A stretch of DNA of 55,787 nt. Origin: Roseovarius sp. (GTDB taxonomy: Bacteria; Pseudomonadota; Alphaproteobacteria; Rhodobacterales; Rhodobacteraceae). Shown here piece by piece: positions 37,725 to 47,112 of this stretch. Position 1 is the stretch's first letter. Each line of letters begins with the position of its first letter. The notes under the pieces were generated by a model. That model was not told the origin of the DNA and did no database searches. It saw only the letters and a program-made list of their open reading frames with translations. Both the position numbers and the translations under genes were made by a program. Where the stretch lies: the NCBI RefSeq assembly GCF_018066915.1, contig NZ_JAGPVV010000347.1:1-55787 (forward strand), read 5' to 3'.

Positions 37725-38664
37725 ACAGGAGCGTATTGCCCTCAATGGCCCGACCATGGGCACGCGGTGGTCGGCGCTCTTTTTCGCAGAACCGGGTTTT
37801 GACGCGGGCGCAGTCGAGACCGCGCTGCAAGCGGCGGTCGACGAGGTAGATGCGCAGATGTCTACTTGGAAGGCGGACAGCGACCTGATGCGCCTCAACG
37901 CTGCAGCGGTGGGCGTGCGGGTGGCGGTGCCTGCGCGGCTCTCCGCGGTCCTGCGCCTTGGCCTCGAGATCGGGCGCGCCACGGGCGGGGCGTTTGACAT
38001 CGGCATGGGGGATGCGGTGAAAGCTTGGGGTTTTGGCGCAGAGGCGGCCGCCCCCCATGCCATCCGCGCGGCAATGACTGCCCAACGACGCCCGGCGCAT
38101 GAGGTGCTGGACCTTAACGAGACACACGCCCGCAAGCTTGCGCCTCTTGCTCTTGACCTCAATGGCATCGCCAAGGGCTATGGGGTGGACCGGCTGGCCG
38201 AAACCCTGCGCGCCCATGGGATCGCTGACGGTCTTGTGGGTATAGACGGAGAGATGCGCGCGATGGGGGCGCGTTCCGATGGCGCAGCTTGGACCATCGC
38301 TGTGGAAGCGCCGGACACAGAGCGCCGGATGCCCCATTCTATTCTGGCCTTGGAGGACGCGGCCGTCGCGACATCGGGTGATTACCGTCACTGGATCGAC
38401 GTGCAGGGAAAGCGCCTGTCTCACACGATGGACCCAAGGCGCGGCGCACCTCTGATCGCCGCGCCTGCCTCTGTCACTGTCGTGGCCCGCACCTGTGCCG
38501 AGGCCGATGCCTGGGCGACGGCGCTCATGGTGCTTGGGCCAGAGGCGGGTGCTGCACTTGCGGACGCACGCGGGCTCGATGCGCTGTTTCTCTTGCGTGA
38601 GGACGGGCAGGGCCTGCGGAGCATCGGGGTCGGACGACTGTTCGCCGCTGGTGTCGCACCATAA
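37705..38664 (+). CDS. apbE: FAD:protein FMN transferase (ApbE)
   Basis: TMGT, LDLNGIAKGYGVD, VATSGDYR, SHTMDPR, ADAWATAL. Confidence 0.93.
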   Translation: MSKMSIEQERIALNGPTMGTRWSALFFAEPGFDAGAVETALQAAVDEVDAQMSTWKADSDLMRLNAAAVGVRVAVPARLSAVLRLGLEIGRATGGAFDIGMGDAVKAWGFGAEAAAPHAIRAAMTAQRRPAHEVLDLNETHARKLAPLALDLNGIAKGYGVDRLAETLRAHGIADGLVGIDGEMRAMGARSDGAAWTIAVEAPDTERRMPHSILALEDAAVATSGDYRHWIDVQGKRLSHTMDPRRGAPLIAAPASVTVVARTCAEADAWATALMVLGPEAGAALADARGLDALFLLREDGQGLRSIGVGRLFAAGVAP

Positions 38665-38932
38665 TCCCAAGGGCAAGTGCCGAATTGGCCTGCCCTGTGA
38701 CCCTCGCCCATGCCGCGCCCGCCCGTTGTTACCGCTTGGGAGCGGTCGTCTGTCTGCGCTTCAAGGTCACAACCTTTTCATTCCGCTCAATAAATGGACA
38801 GTGCTGCGCAATTTTGTGCAGAATTGCATTCAAAATTCAATTCCTTTGCGGTTTCTGCGCTGCGGAATCTGGTTTCTGGCCTGTGGAACTTCATGGTCTG
38901 CCCATCTGCAACCGATGGATAAGGACAGGACT

Positions 38933-39997
38933 ATGGACAGACGCAAGTTTCTGGCGGCCGCTGCCGCCGCTCCTCTGGCCGCCCCGAGCATTGCGCGGGC
39001 ACAAACCAGTTTCGCTTGGAAAATGACCAATGCCTATGGGCCCGGTTCCCCCTTTTATGTCGAGGGTCCGGGCAGCCCCAAGGATTTCTGTGACAAGGTT
39101 GCCGCGATGTCCGGTGGCCGCATGACCATTCAGCATTTCGCGGCGGGCGAGTTGATCCCGGCGCTCGAAGGCTTTGACGCGGTGCGGGGCGGGGCGGTCG
39201 AGATGAATGCGGCCAACGCCTATTTCTGGGCCGGAAAACTGCCAGCAGCGCAGTATTTTACCACCGTGCCCTTTGGCATGAACTTTCAGGGCATGACGGC
39301 CTGGCTCTATCATGGCGGTGGCATGGCGCTCTGGGATGAGCTTTACGAGCCACTTGGCCTCAAGGCGCTGCCGATGGGCAATACCGGCGTGCAGATGACC
39401 GGCTGGTTCCGCGAACCGATCGAGAGCATCGCCGATTTCAAAGACCTCAAGATGCGTATTCCCGGTCTGGCCGGCAAGGTCTATGCCGCGCTGGGTGTTG
39501 ATGTGAAACTCTTGCCGGGTGGCGAGATTTTCCCGGCACTGGAACGGGGCGTGATTGATGCGGCGGAATTTGTCGGCCCCTATCAGGATCGCCGCCTCGG
39601 GCTGCATGATGCGGCCAAATATTACTATACGACCGGCTGGCACGAACCCTCGAACGTGACCGAACTCTTGATCAACAAGGCCGCGTGGGACACGCTGCCT
39701 GCCGATCTTCAGGCGATTGTGTCCACCGCTGCGATGGCCTGCAACCTCGAGAGCCACACTTGGTGCGAGGCCAACAATGCCGCAGCCCTCAAGGATCTGG
39801 TCGAGAATGAGGGCGTGATCGCCAACACCTTGCCTCAAGATGTGGTCGACGAGTTGAAAGCCGTCACGCAAAAGGTGCTGGAAGAAGGTGCCGCAGCCGA
39901 TCCCGCGACCAAAAAGGTGCATGACGCCTTTATGGCGTTCAAGGCCGAGCATGACAGTTGGGCCGCCGTGTCCGAAAAGCCGCTCTACGCCTTGTGA
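38933..39997 (+). CDS. TRAP transporter substrate-binding protein (DctP/TakP-like), Tat signal
   Basis: MDRRKFL Tat motif, GNTGVQMTGWF, KMRIPGL, IDAAEFVGP, GWHEP. Confidence 0.92.
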   Translation: MDRRKFLAAAAAAPLAAPSIARAQTSFAWKMTNAYGPGSPFYVEGPGSPKDFCDKVAAMSGGRMTIQHFAAGELIPALEGFDAVRGGAVEMNAANAYFWAGKLPAAQYFTTVPFGMNFQGMTAWLYHGGGMALWDELYEPLGLKALPMGNTGVQMTGWFREPIESIADFKDLKMRIPGLAGKVYAALGVDVKLLPGGEIFPALERGVIDAAEFVGPYQDRRLGLHDAAKYYYTTGWHEPSNVTELLINKAAWDTLPADLQAIVSTAAMACNLESHTWCEANNAAALKDLVENEGVIANTLPQDVVDELKAVTQKVLEEGAAADPATKKVHDAFMAFKAEHDSWAAVSEKPLYAL

Positions 39998-40521
39998 TGC
40001 AGACGGGGATCAAACGCGTCACGGACGGGGCTTCTGGCCTCGTCCGTGGGATCGGACATGTCGCGGCATGGAGCGCGCTAGCGCTGGTGCTGGTCGTCGC
40101 GTTCAACGTGCTGGCGCGCTACCTCTTTTCCTATGGCACCGTCGCGCTGCAAGAAGCCGAGTGGCACATCATGGCTGTGAGCGCGCTCTTTGGAATGTCT
40201 TATGGCCTCAATCAAGGAGGCGAAGTTCGGGTCGATATCTTCTACGGCACGATGCGGCCCAAAACACAGGCGCTGGTCGATCTCGTCTCGAACACCGCGC
40301 TCTTTGTCATCGCGCTGATCATTGCATGGCTTTGCATCGCCTATGTGCAATCGAGCTATGCGATCAACGAAGGCTCGCCCGATCCCGGTGGCCTCGGATA
40401 CCGTTACCTGCTCAAGGCGAGCATGCCCGTGGCCTTTGTGCTCTTGGCGGTGCAGGCGGTCGCGATGACCGGCCATGCCGCGCTCAAACTGATGACCCCC
40501 TCCCCAGAAAGACAGGAATAG
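39997..40521 (+). CDS. TRAP transporter small permease (DctQ)
   Basis: Four TM segments, LQEAEWH, VRVDIFY, EGSPDPGG. Confidence 0.9.
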   Translation: MQTGIKRVTDGASGLVRGIGHVAAWSALALVLVVAFNVLARYLFSYGTVALQEAEWHIMAVSALFGMSYGLNQGGEVRVDIFYGTMRPKTQALVDLVSNTALFVIALIIAWLCIAYVQSSYAINEGSPDPGGLGYRYLLKASMPVAFVLLAVQAVAMTGHAALKLMTPSPERQE

Positions 40522-40530
40522 GCAGGACCG

Positions 40531-41856
40531 ATGCCCTATACAGAAATTCTCGCGCTCTGCATGATCGGCGCGTTCTTTATCCTGTTGCTGATCGGCATGC
40601 CGGTGGCGATCTGCCTTGGCGTAACAGGGTTTGTCTTTGGCTACATGGGCTTTGGCTCCATGCTCTTCACGCTGATGCCCGCGCGGATATTCGGGGTGAT
40701 CACCAATTACACGCTTTTGGCGCTGCCGCTCTTCATCTTCATGGGGATCATGCTTGAAAAATCCCGAATAGCCGAAGACCTGCTGGAGGTGATTGGCTTT
40801 GCCATGGGCGGGCTGCGCGGCGGCATGGCGCTGGCCATCATCCTTGTCGGTGTGCTGATGGGGGCGGCCTCGGGGGTGGTTGGCGCGACCGTGGTCACGA
40901 TGGGGCTGATCGCGCTCGGCCCGGTGATCAAGCGCGGCTACAGCGCCAGCGTGGCCGCAGGTGTGATCTGTGCCTCGGGAACGCTGGGGCAGATCATCCC
41001 ACCCAGTTTGGTTCTCATCCTGCTGGCCGATATCATGGGGCAATCCGTGGGCACGCTCTTTGCGGCGGCGCTTTTGCCGGGGCTGATGCTGGCGGGGCTT
41101 TTTGTGGGCTATGTCCTCATCCTCGGGTTTCTCTCGCCCAAGACCCTACCCGCCATCCCGCTCGAGGAACGCGCCGCGATGCTGCGCGGTGAGTTGGCGG
41201 GCAAGCTGATCAAGGTCGTGTTCCCGCCCATTGCCCTGATTGTTCTGGTTCTGGGCTCGATTATCGGCGGTGTCGCTGCGCCGACCGAAGCGGCCTCCAT
41301 GGGTGCCTTTGGCTCTATCGTTCTGGCGGCATTGGCGGGGCGGCTCAATCTCTCGATCCTGCGCGACGCGGTGCGCGCAGCCTTTGTCACCTCTGCCATG
41401 GTGTTCCTGATCCTGATCTTTGCCCAGCCGTTCGGGCTGGCCTTTCGTGGACTTGGCGGCGAACATCTGGTGCAATCAGCGTTTTCCAGCGTTCCGGGGG
41501 GGTTGGAAGGCCAGATCTTTTTCCTGATGCTCTTGCTCTTCGTGCTGGGATTCTTTCTGGAATGGATCGAGATTTCCTATATCGCTTTGCCGCTTTTTTT
41601 ACCGATTTTCATGCAGTCGGGGGCGGATCTGACCTGGATCGCCATACTGGTGGCGATGAATCTGCAAACCTCGTTTCTCACGCCACCCTTTGGCTGGGCG
41701 CTGTTCTTTCTCAAGGGCGTCGCCCCGCCCGAAGTCACGACCGCGGACATCTACAAAGGCGTGATACCCTTCATCGGCCTCCAACTGGTCGCACTAAGCC
41801 TTGTGTATTTCTCACCGGGGCTGGCCACGTGGCTGCCCCAAGCGATCGGATGGTGA
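40531..41856 (+). CDS. TRAP transporter large permease (DctM)
   Basis: ASGTLGQIIPPS, PTEA, LQTSFLTPPFG. Confidence 0.93.
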   Translation: MPYTEILALCMIGAFFILLLIGMPVAICLGVTGFVFGYMGFGSMLFTLMPARIFGVITNYTLLALPLFIFMGIMLEKSRIAEDLLEVIGFAMGGLRGGMALAIILVGVLMGAASGVVGATVVTMGLIALGPVIKRGYSASVAAGVICASGTLGQIIPPSLVLILLADIMGQSVGTLFAAALLPGLMLAGLFVGYVLILGFLSPKTLPAIPLEERAAMLRGELAGKLIKVVFPPIALIVLVLGSIIGGVAAPTEAASMGAFGSIVLAALAGRLNLSILRDAVRAAFVTSAMVFLILIFAQPFGLAFRGLGGEHLVQSAFSSVPGGLEGQIFFLMLLLFVLGFFLEWIEISYIALPLFLPIFMQSGADLTWIAILVAMNLQTSFLTPPFGWALFFLKGVAPPEVTTADIYKGVIPFIGLQLVALSLVYFSPGLATWLPQAIGW

Positions 41857-41859
41857 GCC

Positions 41860-43440
41860 ATGCTCCATGCAGCCTTGGGATATAACGGCGCGGTATCCGC
41901 GCCCCACCGCGCCGCCGCTCTGGCAGGACGCGATGTGTTGCGCGACGGTGGCACGGCGATCGAGGCCATGGTCGCCGCCGCCGCGACGATTGCGGTGGTC
42001 TATCCGCACATGAACGGGATCGGCGGGGATGGCTTCTGGCTGATCAAGCAGCCGGGCAAGCCGCCGGTCGGTATCTTCGCAGGCGGTCAGGCGGCAAAGC
42101 TCGCGACCCCGGAGTGGTATGCGGTGCGCGGGCATCTTCGTGCCATCCCCACGCGGGGCGGTCTGGCCGCGCTGACGGTGCCCGGCACAATCGGCGGCTG
42201 GCAGGCGGCGCTTGGGGTGCAGGACGCAAAGCTGCCGCTCTCGCGCCTCTTGGCCCCGGCGATTGCCTATGCCGAACACGGGATCGCCGTGACCGGCAAT
42301 CAATCCCGCACCACGGCCGAAAAGCTGGAGGGGCTGCGTGATGTTCCGGGCTTTGCCCAGACGTTTCTGATCGGCGGCAAGGTGCCAGAGACAGGCGCGC
42401 ATCTGCGCCAACCGGCCCTCGCCCGCACGCTGCGCCACCTGTCAGACGAGGGCCTACGCGCCTATTATGACGGTCCGCTGGCCCGCACCCATGCCGCCTA
42501 TCTTGAGGAGAACGGCAGCCCGCTGCGGATGGAGGATTTTAGCGCCTATGCCGCAGAGCAGGTAACGCCCTTGACCTTGGAGACTTCGCAAGGGCGGCTT
42601 TACAACATGATACCGCCCACGCAGGGGGTTTCATCCCTGATGATCCTCGGTCTCTTTGACCGTTTGGGTGTGGTAAAGGGCGAAGGCTTTGATCACATCC
42701 ACGGGTTGATCGAGGTCACCAAACAGGCGTTCATCCGGCGCAATGCCGAACTGGGTGACCACACCCATATGGCGACACCGGCGCAGAATTGGCTTACGGG
42801 TGCGGCGCTTGACGTGCTGGCGGCGCGGATCGACAGAACCAAGGCCCTGCCCTGGCCTTATGAGCCCAAAGAGGGCGATACGATCTGGATGGGGGCCTGC
42901 GACGCGGAGGGCACTATCGTCAGCTTTATCCAGTCGGTGTTCTGGGAATTCGGCTCTGGTCTCACCTGCCCGGATACGGGCGTTTTCTTTCAGAACCGGG
43001 GCGCGGGGTTTTCGCTGGCTCCGGGGCCAAACCAGCTTGCCCCCGGCAAACGGCCGTTCCACACGCTCAACCCCGCCATGGCCGAATTGCGCGACGGGCG
43101 GATCATGGCCTATGGCACGATGGGCGGCGAAGGTCAGCCGCAGACGCAATCCGCCGTCTTCACGCGATACGCGCAGTTTGGGATGGACCTGCAAGCGGCC
43201 GTGACCGCCCCCCGTTGGCTCTTGGGCAAGACATGGGGGCAGGACACCACATCACTGAAACTCGAGGATCGGTTTGATCCGGACCTGATTGCGGCGTTGC
43301 GAGGGGCCGGGCATGAGGTCGAGCTGATCGCGCCCTATTCGGATCTTGCGGGCCATGCCGGGGCTGTGGTGCGCCATCCCAGTGGGTTGATCGAGGCCGC
43401 CGCCGATCCGCGTTCGGACGGGGCCGCGATCACCGATTGA
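41860..43440 (+). CDS. hpxW: Gamma-glutamyltransferase-family Ntn hydrolase, HpxW (oxamate amidohydrolase)-like
   Basis: IEAMVAAAATIAVVYPHMNGIGGDGFW, GD-T-IWMG nucleophile, PFHTLNP, PRWLLGKTWG; no signal peptide. Confidence 0.75.
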   Translation: MLHAALGYNGAVSAPHRAAALAGRDVLRDGGTAIEAMVAAAATIAVVYPHMNGIGGDGFWLIKQPGKPPVGIFAGGQAAKLATPEWYAVRGHLRAIPTRGGLAALTVPGTIGGWQAALGVQDAKLPLSRLLAPAIAYAEHGIAVTGNQSRTTAEKLEGLRDVPGFAQTFLIGGKVPETGAHLRQPALARTLRHLSDEGLRAYYDGPLARTHAAYLEENGSPLRMEDFSAYAAEQVTPLTLETSQGRLYNMIPPTQGVSSLMILGLFDRLGVVKGEGFDHIHGLIEVTKQAFIRRNAELGDHTHMATPAQNWLTGAALDVLAARIDRTKALPWPYEPKEGDTIWMGACDAEGTIVSFIQSVFWEFGSGLTCPDTGVFFQNRGAGFSLAPGPNQLAPGKRPFHTLNPAMAELRDGRIMAYGTMGGEGQPQTQSAVFTRYAQFGMDLQAAVTAPRWLLGKTWGQDTTSLKLEDRFDPDLIAALRGAGHEVELIAPYSDLAGHAGAVVRHPSGLIEAAADPRSDGAAITD

Positions 43441-43475
43441 GCGCAGGGGGCAAGGGGGGAAAGCTCGCGTGCCCG

Positions 43476-45023
43476 TCAGGCCGCCGAAGACGTGTATCGC
43501 TCTGCGCCGCCAAGCCGGAGGATGGTGGCACCTCTTTTCGGCAGATGTCCCCGCAGTCGCATGCGCAGACCATCATCCACCTCGAGCCCCAACACCAGCA
43601 ATTTTGGGGGCAAAAGCTTGATACGGACGATTCCGAGCGCCAAGCGTTCGGTGTGGGTCAGGTTCTTGCCCCCCTCCAGAACCGTACCATCCAACCCGCC
43701 CAGCCGATCGAGCAGGGGGCCAAGGCCCACGTCGCGAGCCAGATGTTCGAGCGTTGCGTCCTCTGGTCGGGTGTCGCAGCCCATCAATAGCGCGCGGCGC
43801 AAAGACCCTTGCAGGAGTTCCGGGCTGCTGCTGACGCTGTGCACATGGCGGCGCAGGCTGCCACGGCTCAGATCGCGCAGGTCCACACCCGACAAGAGGA
43901 TGCGGCCCGCTGAGGGCGTCTCCAGACCAAGCAGCATGTCGCTGACCGCCTTTGCATCGACCTCGCCAATGGGCAGACAGGTTTCGGTCCCCCCCTTGGC
44001 GTGCAGGGACAGCACTTGACCCGATGGCAGGACGACATCCTCGAACGTGACATCGACCGTGCCTTTCGAAAGGCTTTGCCCGGCCCGGTAGAGATCGCGC
44101 TTCTGCCGCGACAGCGCAGCTTGGGCCTTGATCGCGGCGGCGCGAAAAGCGGCGCGATGGTTCCAGACCCCGCCAAGGTCGCGCAGAGGGGATAGCAAAA
44201 GCCCCAGCACGGCCAGTGCGGCGGCGATGTCGCCAGTGCCCAAACCGGCGCGGTGCCCCGTCAGAATGACCAGAGCCGCTGCCAGCCCGGCGGCAAGATC
44301 GGGCAGCGCATTGACGGTTTCGGCGCTCAGGCGGTGGCGCAGGGCGGCGCGGATCATGGCCGTGGTGCGTTTGTCCAGATGTGCCAGTTCCTTGCCCCGT
44401 CGGCCCAGACGGTCCAATTGCGGGGCCAATGGCATGCGTTCGGCCATGTCTGCCGCGATCCGTGCCCGGCGCACCCGCAGGCGCCGTTGCAGCGGGATCA
44501 ACCGCATGCCGCCGAGCGTGATGGCAAAGAGCGTGATCCCAAAGACCGGCACCACGGCCATGGCAAACACCGAATTGAGCAGCCAGAGCACCACAAGCAT
44601 CGTCGGGATCAGCACGGCCCCTGCGACAAGCCGCGGCAATCCTAGGCCCAGCCAGTTGCGAAAGGCCGTCATGTCCCCGACAAAGCGGAGCGACATATAG
44701 CCCGCGCGCCGCTCTGCCACTGCACTTGCGGGCATATGCGCTGCGTGCTCGAAGAGGGCCGCCCGGATCTGGCGGGCATAGTCCTGGCCGATGCCTTCGC
44801 CCAGATACCGCGCGGCGATGCGTGTGGTCGCGATCAAGCCCCCCGCACCCCCGAGAACGACCAGACCGATGGGCGGCAAGGCACCACCGCTCTGCATCGC
44901 CTCGAAGAGGGCGCGGGTGGCAAAGGCGGCGGCCCCGGCCGCCACGCCCTGAACCAGCGTGAGTGCGGCGACAAGGGCGAGGCCACGCCCGCGCCCGCGA
45001 TCCAGAAGAGGGGGCAGCGCCAT
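43476..45023 (-). CDS. ABC exporter-type TMD with degenerate nucleotide-binding domain
   Basis: About six TM segments, LRFVGDMTA; NBD has P.AGRILL.G.D and LLQGSLRR but no GxxGxGKS/T and no LSGGQ. Confidence 0.8.
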   Translation of the reverse strand: MALPPLLDRGRGRGLALVAALTLVQGVAAGAAAFATRALFEAMQSGGALPPIGLVVLGGAGGLIATTRIAARYLGEGIGQDYARQIRAALFEHAAHMPASAVAERRAGYMSLRFVGDMTAFRNWLGLGLPRLVAGAVLIPTMLVVLWLLNSVFAMAVVPVFGITLFAITLGGMRLIPLQRRLRVRRARIAADMAERMPLAPQLDRLGRRGKELAHLDKRTTAMIRAALRHRLSAETVNALPDLAAGLAAALVILTGHRAGLGTGDIAAALAVLGLLLSPLRDLGGVWNHRAAFRAAAIKAQAALSRQKRDLYRAGQSLSKGTVDVTFEDVVLPSGQVLSLHAKGGTETCLPIGEVDAKAVSDMLLGLETPSAGRILLSGVDLRDLSRGSLRRHVHSVSSSPELLQGSLRRALLMGCDTRPEDATLEHLARDVGLGPLLDRLGGLDGTVLEGGKNLTHTERLALGIVRIKLLPPKLLVLGLEVDDGLRMRLRGHLPKRGATILRLGGAERYTSSAA

Positions 45024-46075
45024 CAGGCCGCCCGCCGATCCATGCCAAACGCGCGTAAGGCAAAGACATTCGCCTCGGCAGGGTCGGCCAGATCTCCCTT
45101 GCGCAGCACCGGCACGCCTGTGGCCCCTTCTGCTTCGGCCACCGCCATGGGCGAGCAACTGAGGATGCCGGTCAGCGCATCGGGGCGCAGCCCATGACGG
45201 GCCAGTTCAGCCACCCCGCCCGCCGCCGCAACAGCATCGCCGCAGGCAAAGATCAACCCCGACTGACGGTCGCGCAGCCATGGGTCCGCGATCAAGGCAC
45301 CGGTTTCCCGCTGGAACAAGCCGTCGGCGATTTCCATGACGGCAATCTCGCAGCCCCGTTCCGCCGCATGGGCCAGCAAGAGGTCGAGCCCGGCCTTTAC
45401 CCGCTCCAACGGTTCGCGGTAGGTCGTGACCATGCCGGCATCGGTGAAATCGGCCACCCAATGCGCGCCCGTGTCTGCATATTCATTGAAATCACCAAAT
45501 GCCCCAGTGCCCGTGCCCTTGAGTGCGGCCACCTTGTAGCCCGCGCGCCGCAGCCCCAGCGAGAGCTGTGCCGTGGCCAATGTCTTGCCCGAGTTCATCG
45601 CCGTGCCCAGAACCACGATCACCGGAATATCGCGGGCGACATTCGTGGGCGGCAAGGCGAAGCGCTCGAGGTTCACGGGCTGTCCGGCGATATCGAGCAG
45701 CCGACCCATCGGCAAGAGGCGGGTTGCGTTCCTGATCCGCTCGTTGCGGGACACCATCCGTCCGATACAGCCGCCCCCGGCCAGCAGGTCGGCCCCGTCA
45801 GCATCAATCTCGGCCAGCCCTTCGAACTGGTCCGGAGCATAGCGCGCGCCGCAAGCCAGCACCACCTTGTCGCCCGGATAAATCAAGGACGGACGCCCCG
45901 TTGAAAGCTGAACACGCTGATGTTGCCCAAGGCTTTCGACCTGCGCGAGGATCAGATCGCCGGGGCGAGCCGCGGCAAAGTCAGTGTCCATTCCGGCAAT
46001 TGCGCTGCGATCCACGCGGCGGGTCGAGAAGGTCCATTTGGCATCGGAGACAGAGGAAAGGAGGTCATGTGTCAT
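45023..46075 (-). CDS. DUF1611 (DgcN-like) P-loop protein
   Basis: RYAPDQFEG, VLGTAMNSGKT, K.TGTGA.GD, DFTDAG, EIADGLFQRET. Confidence 0.82.
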   Translation of the reverse strand: MTHDLLSSVSDAKWTFSTRRVDRSAIAGMDTDFAAARPGDLILAQVESLGQHQRVQLSTGRPSLIYPGDKVVLACGARYAPDQFEGLAEIDADGADLLAGGGCIGRMVSRNERIRNATRLLPMGRLLDIAGQPVNLERFALPPTNVARDIPVIVVLGTAMNSGKTLATAQLSLGLRRAGYKVAALKGTGTGAFGDFNEYADTGAHWVADFTDAGMVTTYREPLERVKAGLDLLLAHAAERGCEIAVMEIADGLFQRETGALIADPWLRDRQSGLIFACGDAVAAAGGVAELARHGLRPDALTGILSCSPMAVAEAEGATGVPVLRKGDLADPAEANVFALRAFGMDRRAA

Positions 46076-46106
46076 GGGGGGTATCCTGAACAGAGGTGGG
46101 AAGAAT

Positions 46107-46946
46107 TCAGCTTGCGACAGCAAGGGACGGCCAGCCGCAGGTCGCGTTGCCATGGCTTGTCACCTTGGCGGCGAGGCCTGCGTCTCGGATCGCTTGGGCC
46201 ACGTCATGGCCCACGCCCGGCAACTGCGTGAGGGTGATGTCGGGTATGATGCCCTTGGCGCGCGCCGCCGCTCGGAAATGCTCGACATAGGTCTGCGCCC
46301 GCGCAATGCGTGTTGCTCCCTGAACCCGGTCCAGTTTGGGCGACTGGCGCAGGGCGTCATCGCGCAACGAATCCTCTAGGCCAACGAACACTTGAACCGA
46401 CAGGCGCAAATAGGCGCTCAGCGCCTGTTCATGCCGCCGCGCCCAAGACAGGCTACCGGGATCGGCATCAACCCCAAGACCGTAAGGATAGGCCATGCTG
46501 GTGTCTGGCAGGCAATACCATCCTGCCGCCGCAAGGTTGAGCCGCCCCACCCGGTTCGGATAAAGCATTGCAAAGCGATGCGCGAGTTGCGCGCCCCCGG
46601 AGTGCCCGAAGATGTCCACCGGCCCCGCGAAAGCGGCATCTAGCATGGCCAGATGCGACAGAAGGGCCAAGAGCGCCTGATCGGGCCGCGCGGCGCGGCA
46701 TGGCCGCTGGAAATGTGGCCAGGCAGAGGCCGAAAAATGCGGCACGACCACGATGCGCCCGCTTCTCTCGGACTCTGGCGTGAATAAAGCCACCAACTCA
46801 TCAGCGTTGCGCGAAATACCGTGGAGAACCACCAGCGGCGGCAGGCCGGATAATCCCGCCGGTTGGATGACCTGCGCAGGCAAGGTGCCCGAGGGCGAGG
46901 CCACCCGATGTGGGGTGACGATTGTCTGGAATGTCGGGCGATGCAT
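46107..46946 (-). CDS. Alpha/beta hydrolase (esterase)
   Basis: VLHGISRN, GHSGG nucleophile elbow, VG..D, PGVGHD; RBS AGGAG. Confidence 0.85.
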   Translation of the reverse strand: MHRPTFQTIVTPHRVASPSGTLPAQVIQPAGLSGLPPLVVLHGISRNADELVALFTPESERSGRIVVVPHFSASAWPHFQRPCRAARPDQALLALLSHLAMLDAAFAGPVDIFGHSGGAQLAHRFAMLYPNRVGRLNLAAAGWYCLPDTSMAYPYGLGVDADPGSLSWARRHEQALSAYLRLSVQVFVGLEDSLRDDALRQSPKLDRVQGATRIARAQTYVEHFRAAARAKGIIPDITLTQLPGVGHDVAQAIRDAGLAAKVTSHGNATCGWPSLAVAS

Positions 46947-47112
46947 CTGCGTCTCCTGCAAGTTGTTCTGCTAGGCAAACGGGGCAAAGGCGGGATTATT
47001 CCACCGCCCTGAAATTTTCCCATAACACGCGGCGCAGCGCCCATATTGAAATCGGTGCCGAATGCGTCATGTCCCAGATTGCCCGTTGTTATTGCAAGAG
47101 ATTGGAGCCGCG

